Origin: Moniliella sp. 'wahieum'
Taxonomy: Eukaryota
Direction: 5' to 3'
Assembly: GCA_003971905.1 (NCBI GenBank)
Contig: RSEE01000022.1
Location: 62,001-126,000 of the forward strand
Length of the DNA: 64,000 nucleotides
Each line of letters starts with the position of its first letter. Position 1 is the stretch's first letter. A program made the translations under genes and the position numbers. Below are positions 53,101-64,000 of this stretch, piece after piece. The notes below the pieces were generated by a model, which was given only the letters and a program-made list of their open reading frames with translations, had not been told where the DNA came from and searched no databases.

Positions 53101-54669
53101 GAAGCAGAATGCGTAAAGCTTGAAATTCTGTCCAGACTCTCCCACAGGCTCTGGAGTGACTAGCTTGAAGCTTGTGACTAGGGACGAGTGATTACTGAAC
53201 CTTTCCGCGTCAGATGAAGACTCAACGCCTCAGCCCGAATTTTTCAGTGCCAAGTACACTCAGATCTCAGAAGAGGAGCGCAGGCGCCAATCGCAAGCAT
53301 TTGCCAGCGGCTATAGGCCGTCGGCGACCAGCGATCCCGATTTCCTCCCACAGGAGCTGGCGGAATACTGGCGGGGTAGCCCGGCAGGAAGTTGGTACAT
53401 AGTCCCTGGCCAGCACTAAAAGCGCTAAACGCGTTTGTTACATGTTTGTAGCGCTAAGCGCTAAGCGCTTATATTATAGGCCACACAAGCCAAGTGCTAA
53501 GCCGTCTTCGCGTGTGTTTCACGGGAGTAGACGACTTTTACCCGCAGCCTCCACCTAGCACCTACCACGCTGCCAGACCCTGCCCCACACCACCTCGTTT
53601 GTTTGTTGGTTTCTCGTTGCTAGTTACTATTAGTTACTAGTACTAGTTGAAGGCTGTGGTGGTTAGTGGTTCCTGCGACAAATGCATGTGAGACATGTGA
53701 TCTGAGATCTGACATGTGACCGGTGACCGGTGACCTCGTTCTGACGTCCACGAGTGGGTGCCATGCCCCAGGCACTCCGCGGGGCAGACCGGGTGACCAA
53801 TCACAGTGCCCCCTGGCTATGGAAGCAGATCTCAGATCTCGGATCGCAGATGTCCCATGCCACATGTCACATCTAGATCTCAGACTGAGTTCTCACATGT
53901 CCGACGATACATAGGAGGCGGGAATTTGAAATGTAACATGCAGAACATGTAACGTACGTAACGAGCATCATATAATCTTGTGAATGTGAAAGTTCCAGTT
54001 GAACGTTGGACGTTGGACGTTGACCACGTTGTCCTGTGACATGTGACCGATGAGATCGATGACTAGATTGGTGATCAAACAGTGTGCCTGAGGGATCTGA
54101 GACGTATTAGGCGTCGCGTCAGGGCCTCCGAAAGGAGATTGCCATGTTTCACCTGCAACTTCAAGCCTCAAGGTTAGCTTCCCTCTTCAAGCTCCAAGCT
54201 AGCTTCAAGCTTCAAGCTAAGCTTCATTGTTTTCATCCTATCACCTGTTTACTAATGCACTAATGCCTCTTCTATAGAGATCCTCACATGCTCACAGTCA
54301 GGTTTCGCGCAAGCATAGAGCTTCCCATGGTGCAGCGGATATTAACGTACCGAGGAGCAACCCGGCCATGTTGAGCCACATCGAATGAGACGCGTGTTTT
54401 GGCCAATGTCCCTTCAGAGTAGTTTCAGCCCCCTTCTCTTCTTGGGCTGAGGCGCTGAGGCCGCCTCAAGCCTATGGGAGTTCCGTTGTTTTCTCGCTTC
54501 TGTTTTCCTTGTTCCGCAGCCTCCTGGACCTTCTCTCTGCCACGTGGCTCGACGCCGCGCGCGTTGAACAGGCCTCCCCTTCTTTCTTCGGCCTGCAGCT
54601 TTCCCAGAAGGCTAGCGAGTGTCCGTGCAGCGGTTCTCCTAATGCCATTTCCATTGCCTACTGCAGCCT

Positions 54670-55385
54670 GTAACATGTAACACATGTAACACACAGAGAA
54701 CATAATGAAAACGGGCCGGATGATCGAGATCTCGATCGATGACCGATCAATTATTATAAGTGTCGATTATCTCGATTCAGCACTTGAAGCTTATGGCGCT
54801 TGGCTTTTTTAACCTTGCCCTTTTCTTGAAGTTTGAAGAAGCCTTAGACAATCAATCTTAGACCTTCGACCTAACATTAGGCCTTAGGCCTACCTTAGGC
54901 CTACCTTAGGCCTAAGCCTTAGGCCTTATTGGGGTTAGCGCGGTTAGTTCGAGGCTTAATGCCCTTAAGGCCTTAAGCCTTAAGGCCGGCCTTAGAGGTT
55001 GGTACGTTGAGCTTTGAAATTGAGTACGAGTAGTACGTTGAAGCTTGAAGCTAGCTTGAAGCTTGAAGTTGAACATGTTGAACGTTGAACGTTGACCGGT
55101 GACCGGTACATTGACCGTTGACTGAAAGCCGGATGTTCCTCCCCTTACGCCGACTTGACCTGTGGGACTATGTTACCGCCCTGGTAAAGGCGGCGTTACG
55201 CGTTACGCTTCGACGTTAGGCCTTAGGGCCTTAGGCCTTAGGCTCCTTAAATGTCTTAAAGCTTAAGGTTCTAAAGATGTGACATGTGACATGTGACATG
55301 CGACATGGTTAGGGAACCTGCGACCTGTGACTAGTGACTCGTGCATGTGACATGCGACGCGTGACGCGTCAAGGTCTTAAGATCT
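54670..55385. repeat. Densest cluster of TNA-palindrome-TNA micro-arrays
   Basis: TTA-GGCC, TGA-AGCT, TGA-ACGT, TGA-CCGG, TTA-CGCG, TGA-CATG, TGA-CTAG and TGA-CGCG arrays in succession. Confidence 0.88.
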
Positions 55386-55518
55386 AACAAGCAATGCGAC
55401 TGATCTGTACGATCTAAACAAAGCTATACCACCTAACGTCTACGTGCAAAAGGCGCTTAGGTCTACATACATCCAGACACCCTCGACCTTGCCCGCGGCC
55501 TGCCCCCCGCTCCCATGT

Positions 55519-55590
55519 CCACCGTCCAACGGCCACCGTCCACCGTCCACCGTCCACCGTCCACCGTCCACCGTCCACCGTCCACGGTGG
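55519..55590. repeat. Heptamer tandem repeat (CCACCGT)n
   Basis: About 7 consecutive copies, ending in an inverted unit ACGGTGG. Confidence 0.9.
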
Positions 55591-56440
55591 CGGGTATGGT
55601 CAAGGAGGGTCCAAATAACCCTACAGCGCCAGCGCTGCATATATTTTTAGCATCCGTTTTAACGCTCGATTGAAAACGTTGCCCCACACGGCCACAGAAA
55701 ATACGCACTGGAGCAGATATATCCAGGCACCTTTGCCCTGCCCCTGCTGCCTGTCTCTTCTATACAATGGCCACGGGGCATTCGGATTGGTTGGTATATG
55801 ACACGTTGGCATTTCTGCTCAACGTACGCTCAGCGCTCAACTTGAGCGTTCAACGTCAACGTCAACGTCGTTCAACGTTCACAACATACAAGTACGAATC
55901 GTCGATCACCGACAACGTTTTTCAGGGAGCCCTGTTGCACAGCAGAACCGCAGCGAGCAAAGCAAGCGGCGAACACACATGCCATGGGCATGGCATCGTC
56001 CCCGCCGCAAGAGACGCACATATGTTTTTCCCTTGTCTCCAGTCGTTTGCATCATGCATCATGCGCATCATGCATCCAGTATAATATCACACCACCCACC
56101 TCATCTCCGAGGCACTGTCGGAAAACCCTTAAAACGGGGCTCACCTACTCGGTACTTTCTCTTCTTGCCCCTTCTCCCACTCCCATATAGGGGGTCTCTT
56201 CAACATCCCACCCCTTCATCGAGCACATCCCCCTTCAATAACGTTCAACCTTTTGTGATCGCACCCGCCTCATCACTCCCCTGCATCCTCCCCGCCGCTT
56301 CTTTTTTCCCTGCTTCCTTTCACCACCGCCTTTCGCGGATGCTCATCTCGATAAACGACGGCAGACCATACCACGCCCCAGTTGGATTGTGAAGACTCGA
56401 TTGCTGCCCCCACCTTATTGACTGCGTCTCAACGGCTGAC

Positions 56441-57766
56441 ATGCTATATCAAGATACGGCCGGCTGTGGCCTGCGGCCACCGGGCCTTCTTTCTCCTTCT
56501 ACCGCTCCATTGCAACCGTCGGAAATGCACATGCCCGATGCTCTCCCTCTCCGATTGACGCCATGGCCCTCTTCAGCCTTATTGGAACCAGCCCAATTCT
56601 CATATTCTGTCCAGGCCCCCCCAGGTCACACCAAGCTCGATGCTGCCAGGCAGCCGGCTGCCCCTGCCCACGTGCCGCTTCCATCTGCGCCTCCTCCCCC
56701 TCGCTCTCTCGGGGCCTCTGCGGACGCTCCTATCCGCCCCCCTCGCCCTTTGGCTTAGGCCTTTACAGACCCAGTTTTGGCCCTGGTGGCCTGGACTTAG
56801 TCGATAGTGTCAACACCCCCCCGCCCAGCACTGATGCCTGGTCCCAGCTGACCACGTCGGCTCAGTTGGGTGGCCCCTATAACCTTCTTCCGCTCTCCTC
56901 TCCGCTGGACAGCACCGCCGTCTCCCCTTGGACTGCCAGAGAGCAATTGGACCCCTGGGGATGGCCTTTGGGATTACTCTCCTCGCCAGATATGGAACCA
57001 TCGGCAACGAATGTACTGGGTCTCCAGCTCCAGGATCATTCCTACTTTTCTGGTGATCTCTCTGTGCCAACATTCCCTCAGGTACGATCTTTCTTCCCCC
57101 CCCTCCCCCCCACCCTCCTCCTCCACCCGCTTCACCTACATTTGTTCAGTTGTTGGAGAAATATGAGACTGACAGGTTGAGGTACAGCTTACGACTGCAG
57201 CACTTCCCCCTCCCCTGTCCAACCCGAGCGAGTGGCAGAGGTGTCCAGCTTTCCCCCCTCGGCCAATATGTTTAACTTGTTTAGTCCTATCGCTGATGGC
57301 ACCCCCAACCTTGTACATTCGCCTGAGACGAACAAATACGCGACAGGAAGGAGGGTGACTCTCGCCACCCTTCCTCCACATACGACTGCATGCCCCAACC
57401 CATGTCGATCAGTTCTACTGGGACGAACACTGCCTTCCTGCCCCGTTGGCCATGCGAGTGGGAAGGTGGTATGACACCCAAGCGTCCTGCCCCGGTCCGC
57501 CGGCGCAAGTTCAAGAGAAGCAAGGCGGCTGCCTCGTGTGCCGGAGGCGCAAGGTGCGTTGTTCTCAAGACGGCCTGCCCTGCCGACAATGCAAGGTCGG
57601 TAGGCTGGAGTGCCATTACATGAAGCCACCCCAAAAGCCTCCGCCATCATCCCACGAACAAAAAGGTGCGAGTACCAACGCGTCGGCCTCGGAGGCTCCC
57701 TCGTGTCTGCCTGTGCCTTTTTTGGCAGAGGAACCGTCCCTGAATGAGGCAAGCAACACTGGATGA
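56441..57766 (+). CDS. Zn(II)2Cys6 transcription factor with C-terminal zinc cluster; intron ~57082-57175; start uncertain
   Basis: RRRKFKRSK, then after a 1-nt shift GGCLVCRRRKVRCSQDGLPCRQCKVGRLECHY (CX2CX6CX6CX2CX6C); preceded by a Pro/Ser-rich region. Confidence 0.8.
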
Positions 57767-58163
57767 CCGTCGCCTTTCAGCATGCCATCTTTCCACCTGA
57801 GTCGATGCAATGGACATTTCGATCACAATTCCTCTCTCGCGCCTGTTTCAATTCCTCTCCTAGCATCGTTTTTGGCCCCTGCACCACCATCGATGGGCCT
57901 ACTGCTCGTCTAGTAGGCTCCACGCTCCTCTCTTCTTTTCCCTCTTGTTTTTCGCGCAAGATCCCATCACAGCCCTCTCTCTCCGAATGATCCCATGTGC
58001 CCTTCTCCCAATACAGAACCGGTAATTATAAATGTGCATGCCATGGCGCAAAGGCACAGAAAGCGTATGAAGTACACAAGAGTAGAGAATGCATGGCCGA
58101 TCCACTGGAGGGTAACGAGGACAGGCCTTTTGAGATGGTAGGGGAATGCCCCATAGGCACCAC

Positions 58164-60685
58164 TTACTTCCTGCTCTTCTCCAGCTGCTTCTTGTACTCG
58201 TCGTCCTCCATCTCCTTTTGGATAGACATGAGCACAGGCTCGTGCTTGCGGTACTCCATCGAGAACTCACCCTTGCCCTGGGTCAGACCACGAAGCGTCG
58301 ACGAGTATCCAAACATCTCGTTCAACGACACCTCGGCAGTGACAGTAAAGTCATCTTCGCGACGTCGGTGTCCTCAATCATACCCTTGCGCTGGTTGAGC
58401 GAGCCAATGACAACACCCTGGAATTCCATAGGAGCCGTCACCTCCACCGTCATACGCGGCTCGAGGATGACGGGGTTGGTTTTGCCGTAGGCTTCGCGGA
58501 AGGCACCCATGGCCGCCAGCCGGAAAGCCAATTCGGACGAGTCGACCGAATGGGCAAGACCGTCTTGGAGTACAAAGCGAACGCCCTGGACGGGGTAGCC
58601 CGCCAAAGCACCTTTCTCCATTGCGTCCTCGAACCCCTTCTGGACAGCGGGGATGTACTGGGCAGGAATGTGGCCACCACAACCAGGCTCTCAAAGGCGG
58701 AATCCTTGCCCGTTTCCTTGTCCATCTTCATCGGTCAATGTAGCCCATAACACGACCGAACTGGCCAGCACCACCGGTTTGCTTCTTGTGGGTGTAGTTA
58801 AAGTCAGCCCGCTGGCCGATCGTCTCACGGAAAGCGACACGTGGCCGGCCAGTCGTGCATCCCACACCGTACTCACGCCGCATGCGCTCCACGTAAATCT
58901 CCAAATGAAGTTCACCCATGCCGCTGATGATGGTTTCCTTCGAGTCGCGGTCCACGTGGACGCGGAAGGTGGGGTCCTCCTTTTGGAAACGGTTGAGCGC
59001 ACGGCTAAAGTTGGCACCCACGTCTTTCGAGTCGGGGTGATGGACAGCGAGATGACCGGTTCAGGCACAAACATCTCTGTCATTGTAAGCTCCGTCTTGC
59101 CGTCGGTGAACGTGTCGCCGGAAGAGCATTCGACACCAAACATGGCACAGATTTCACCGGGGCCCACTTCGTCCACTTCCCATGTCGTCCGAGTGCATGC
59201 GCACCAGACGAGGGACCTTGACGCGCTTACCGGTACGGATGTTGATGATCGAATTGCCACGCTTGAGCGTACCTTGGTACATACGCATGTACGTCAGCTG
59301 TCCGTATCGCCCTTCCTCCAGCTTGAAGGCCAGGCCCACAACGGGCGCCGCCGCGCCGGGGCAAGCTCCACAACGGGCGCTGCTGCAGCTTGACGAGCCG
59401 CCTCAATCTCATCTTCGTCCTCCAACCCTTCCGTGGCCTTGGCCACGGCGACCTTCATGGCCGCAGCGCTCACATCAGAAGCCTCCGCCTTGACCTCCGC
59501 GGGGTTGGGCAGGTAGTTGCATACACCATCCAACATCGACTGCACACCCTTGTTCTTGATGGCCGATCCCATAAAGACGGGGGTAAACTTGCAGGCAATG
59601 GTGGCGCGACGAACGGCCTCGCCCAGCTCCTTCGGTGTAGGGTCCTTCTCCTCAATGACCAAGTTGGCCATGTCGTCATCCACATCGGCCAGAGCCTCAA
59701 TGAGCTCTTGGCGCTTCTCCTTGGCAAAGTCGATCAAGTCGGCCGGAATCTCGTCAGATTCCTTGACGATAACTTTCGAGAAAAATAAGTTAGATGCATG
59801 CCGAGCACAGACAAAGTAGAACGAGGTCACGTACCCTTTGGCACCCTCATTGTACACCGCCTTCCAACGAATCAGGTCGACGACCCATTAAACTCCTCGT
59901 CGCGCCCAATGGGAACTGGACAGCGCCGCATTGAGCTTGAGCTTTTCCCGGATCTGGCCGATCACGCGCCACGGGTTGGTGCCTTGGCGGTCCATCTTGT
60001 TGATGAAGGATGCGCGGGACGTTGTACCGCTTCATCTGCCGGTCGACAGTGATGGTCTGCGACTGGACACCCGACACAGCGCACAAAACAAGGACGGCAC
60101 CATCAAGCACACGCAGCGCACGCTCCCTCAATGGTAAGTCGACGTGACCAGGGGTGTCAATGATATTGATCTTGTACTCCTCCTTGCCCTCGCCCTCGGC
60201 AAGCATGGCCGTGTCGCCGGACACACTGCCTGCTCCCAAGGAGGCGTGGCACGCCAAGAGCAGTAGGTGGCGCCGACTGGATGGTGATACCCTTCTCACG
60301 CCAGCTCCATGTGGTCCATCTTGGCCCCCACATTGTCCTTGCCACGGACCTCGTGGATCCTTATACGGCCAGTGTAGAAGAGCACACGCTCCGTTAGCGT
60401 CGTCTTGCCCGAGTCGATGTGAGCGGAGATACCGACGTTGCGCTGGCGCAGCAGACGAGCACGGTCCTCATCCGTGATGGGGGGCTTGACAAAGACGCCT
60501 TCTGAGGTCGGGGCGGCGCGGGCGACGGGGGCCGAGAAGAAGCGGACCGAGGGGGCGGCAGCAGCGACCCGGCAGGGCGAGCAGAGGCGGCGAGGGGCGT
60601 GCGCGCAGCAAGAGACGGGCCGACGTGCGGATGGAGCGCGCGGAAGGAGCGGCGACGAGCGCGCAAGGAGGGTCCGCGAGGCCAT
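58164..60685 (-). CDS. MEF1: Mitochondrial elongation factor G1; intron ~59780-59834; frameshifted
   Basis: Arg/Ser/Ala-rich presequence; [75 protein letters not shown]. Confidence 0.95.
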
Positions 60686-61189
60686 GGCGTCCAACACAAG
60701 CGAGCAGGCAGGCGAGGCCGGGCGGGCGGGAGGTGTGGAAGGAGAAGGCGAGGCAGTCCGCGCCACTTTCTTGTGCTCGGGAAACGCCGGATCTTCTCAA
60801 CCCCGTTCCGCCCCCGCCCAAATTCCGGGCGTCGCTCCCGTTCAATATTTCACGTGGGGTTGCAGGGAGCGCATGAGTGCTTGAGGCTTGAGGCTCATGT
60901 GGGGTCCATTCGCCCCCGCGACATGGCCGAGGAGGCCGCTTGCCGCTGCTGGCGCCAGCCGTCGGGCCGCGAAGGCAGGGCGGCATGGACAATGATGGAG
61001 GGCGAGGGTGCTATGTGTGTGTGTGCAGTCGTCGCCTGTATGCCACGCATGCGGGTAGAAAGGGTGGCCCCAGTGGGATGCGTGCCTGTCGCTGTCGATG
61101 CAGAAGAGAACACATGCTAGTACATTGACAGCTTGAACTGGGATAAGCTTATCATTGCGGCCGAGACCAGACCTGTCCGTTTTGCCGCC

Positions 61190-61712
61190 TCAGAGCGCTG
61201 CACACCCATCCGTCAGTCAACGCCATCCACCACCACGCACGCAATCAGAACACATACCTTGGGGCACCGACTCGACATAGTCGATCATGTCCTTCACCGT
61301 CTCGATCATCAGCACATCCTCGTCCTCCATCGCAAGGTCAAACTCAAACTCCATCTCCATAATAACATCGATCACGTCGAGGCTATCAAGGCCCAGATCG
61401 GCCTCAAGGTAGGATTCGGGCGCGATCTTGGTGTGGTCCCTTTTCAAACCCTTGCAAAAGGTTGAAGATGCGTTCGGTAATCTGCTCCCGCGAGGGAGGG
61501 CCAGCATCGCTATAGCAGCGCACCATCATGGCAGCCGATACAGGTGGGGGGAGAGCAGTGCGCGCTGATGCAAGAAGCATTGGCCGTGGCGGGGCGAGCA
61601 ACGGTGTTCATCGACACACGGCTGGCAGCCACGCGTGCCGCCATGGGCGCACGAAGAGCGCAGTGCGCAGTGCGCTTGTAGCCGATCGGGAAACGGACAC
61701 GGTCGGCAGCAT
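61190..61712 (-). CDS. ACP1: Mitochondrial acyl carrier protein (divergent), terminal intron ~61258-61198
   Basis: Mitochondrial presequence ending ..VRCYS; DLGLDSLD phosphopantetheine site; acidic EMEFEFD..ETVKDMIDY. Confidence 0.85.
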
Positions 61713-62619
61713 GATAGAGATGGACAGGCAGGCCGGCAAGTTGATGGACTGGGCGGTTGGCGGAGCACCCTCGAGCTTGGCTGCCGTGCGACTATGGCTG
61801 TCAGACCTGGAAGAGCAGCTCCACTGCTTCAATTATTAATGCCGCTGCCCCGTTCCGCCCGCACCGTTCCGCCTCCTTGCCTGTTGGTTGTTGGCAAACA
61901 CAGAGCACCGAGCACCCCACATCACAGCCATGTCGTTTCTCCTTTCTGGCAGGCCCGTCTACTGGCCTACCTGCTGTTACATTGTTGGTCAGACAGTTGC
62001 CACGCGGTTTGTATACAAGGTCGGTAAGCAGAATCGCCACCTACTCGGCCCAGCGACAGTGCTATCAGAAGTGTCAGCCGCTAGCACTCCTTAGTGAGCA
62101 CAGGTGCGCACTCGACTGCCTCCTGCCCCGGGAGAGGCCAAGTAGTCACAACGCTCACGCTGTTGAACGTGCCGCCGAACAGCACAAGATCGCGGTTGCA
62201 AAAAACAGAATCCCACAGTGTAGAACGAGCATGTAGAGCTGAAGCAATTATACCACAAATTCCACAAATCTTCAACGCTACTTCCCTGTGCATGGCATTC
62301 CCCAGCCACCTGCTAACAGCGGCGGAAAGGTCTATGATCCGGCCAGGAGGCGGTGTGGTTCGCAAGTGCATGCACTGGACCAAAGCAGGCAATTGATAGC
62401 TTGCCCTGTCCTCTTTCATAGCGAGCATAAGAGGCATCCGACCGAGCAGGACTGAGTCCGGCTCGTGGAAGAGCATCATGTCCCGTGTTAGCGGGGCAAG
62501 ATGGAGAGTTTTGGGGAGGGGGGTGGACGCTGCCACTCGCAGCACATCCAAAAGGTTCAAGACAAAATCAACACTAGTTTGCTCACACAGCCATCAACGA
62601 AAACTGATCCCTCGGCAGT

Positions 62620-63265
62620 TTACACCTTGAAGCCACGCGACTTGCGGCGGCCACGGGCCATCTCACGCTTGCGAGACTTGCCGTTACCACGAACATAGGG
62701 CTTCGCGTTCGAGTGAGGGCCCATGCCAAAGTGCTTCACAGCCTCGCGGGCGTTCTTAGGGCCGCGGATGAGCACCACGTTCTTGCCCGTGGGGGCACGG
62801 AGAGCGAGCTGGTCGAAAGTCAGGGCTCACCGCCAGCAGCCAAGATACGGGCGCGGGCAGTCTTCGTGAAGCGCAGGGCGCAACCGAGACGGGGAACCTC
62901 GAGAAGGCGGTTGTCATCGGTAATGGTGCCCACCACAGCGACAGTCTTGGCATCAGCGCCAGTCGTGCCGCGTTGCGCGTCAGGTAAATCAGACGCGAGA
63001 GCGAGACGGGAGGGCGGTTGACTTGCTCATATACAGGCGCTTGAGGATGGCCTTGTTGAACTTGCTGCCAGCGGCGGGCAAGATAGCGGTAGAGCTTGAC
63101 CAAGAGGAGGAGGTAAGGGTCCTCCGACTTGGGGGCAGTGCGGTTGCCCTTCTTGACGTGCTTCTTGGCGATGTCCACACCCTAGTAGGAAACCATGTCA
63201 GTCCAAATCTTTCCTGTCTGCGGGGATGCGATGCCTGGTGCTGACGCTGCAGCACGACTTACCAT
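62620..63265 (-). CDS. RPL18: 60S ribosomal protein L18 (eL18), intron 63262-63182; frameshifted
   Basis: [68 protein letters not shown]. Confidence 0.96.
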
Positions 63266-63534
63266 CTTGACGGCTTGGTGGTGCTGCAATGGTAACCGCT
63301 GGTTCCCTCACGGACTGATCGGGCGAGGACGGAAATGAATAGGGTTACGGTAGCGCTGCGGCATGCAGTGCCGCCATGCCTACTTTATGAAGAGTTTAAT
63401 GTGAACTAGCGGTGAAATGACGGTTAGGGTTTGGTTATGTCACAATTGCACCGGGCTGAGGAGCAGGTGTGATGTCACAGTGACATGTGAGCGCGTGAGG
63501 CTGAGGCCTGAGCCTGAGGGTCGCAGCACTCATC

Positions 63535-64000
63535 ATGTCACAAGGAATCATATACCTGCCTCTCCGGATGGGAGGATGTGGCAGCCCGCTTTACTCGTAT
63601 ATTGCGCCCCACGCCCGTGCCGCGGCCAACGAGGTCAACGACTTCCTTATTCCCACCTATGTTGACCGGTCGGGACCGCAAACGACTACGGCCAACGCAT
63701 TTACGAAACAACGCCAGCGTTGCCGGGCGATGTGGGAGCAGAGTCGACAGGAGCTGCTCCAGAAGCTCGACGCTGCCGATGGACGCCATGTGGTTGAGAG
63801 CGCAGCAACCCGCTGAGCCACAATTGGCTCTCCGTCATTCCGTCCACCCCGTGCCTCAAGCTCTCTGACCAGCAGGTTCAGGTTGGTCTCCAGCTCCGCA
63901 CACTGTGCCGCTCCACGCGCAGCACGTGCAAGTGCGGCGTTATGCCTCGCTGGAGCACATCATGGCTTGCACCAGCTCCCAGGCCAAGTTTAGTGCGTTG
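63535..64000 (+). mobile_element. 5'-truncated non-LTR retrotransposon, CRE clade (Cnl1/MoTeR-like): RT thumb to zinc knuckle; continues beyond the window
   Basis: IYLPLRMGGCG (LPxxxGGxG post-RT motif), HNWLSVIPSTP.LKLSDQQVQVGLQLRTL, TCKCG..LEHIMAC (CCHC knuckle) across two frameshifts. Confidence 0.78.

Noticed and set aside
54870..55380. Short repeat arrays as a CRISPR array
   Set aside because: Units are 7 bp with no 25-40-bp repeat/spacer structure, there are no cas genes, and the context is eukaryotic.
58164..61712. EF-G and ACP as a bacterial horizontal transfer
   Set aside because: Both have mitochondrial presequences and spliceosomal introns, so they are ordinary nuclear-encoded mitochondrial genes.
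62081..62560. 159-aa minus-strand ORF between RPL18 and ACP
   Set aside because: No recognisable motif, and it starts within the probable RPL18 3'UTR; it cannot be supported.
63335..63435. TTAGGG-like sequence as a telomere or interstitial telomeric array
   Set aside because: Only isolated single copies are present; they are better explained as the RP promoter motif.

Overview
GC-rich eukaryotic DNA from a fungus, probably a basidiomycete yeast or smut relative (inferred from short GT..CTRAC..AG introns and protein sequences). Most long conserved genes carry scattered 1-2 nt indels, which points to an unpolished long-read assembly. The window holds about 22 protein genes: SNX3, PMP3, head-to-head RPS5/RPS28, TIM8, a xylitol/sorbitol dehydrogenase, RPL13, PAB1, RPB12, PMR1, a PPIL4/Rct1 cyclophilin, a GNAT, NCR1/NPC1, YHM2, a Rac GTPase, an Msb1/Mug8-like protein, a C-terminal Zn2Cys6 factor, mitochondrial EF-G1, mitochondrial ACP, RPL18 and two Mid2-like sensors. 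There are also three tRNAs (Gly-GCC, Ala-AGC, Lys-CTT), a 5'-truncated CRE-clade non-LTR retrotransposon at the right edge and a Helitron-like 3' terminus present in two copies. The most striking unexplained signal is intergenic: dozens of 7-bp-period arrays of the form TNA-[4-bp palindrome]-TNA, using more than 12 different palindromes. In the arrays traced by hand the palindrome is templated by the flanking dinucleotide, which resembles iterated hairpin-type transposon excision or repair footprints. Gene ends inside frameshifted regions are approximate.
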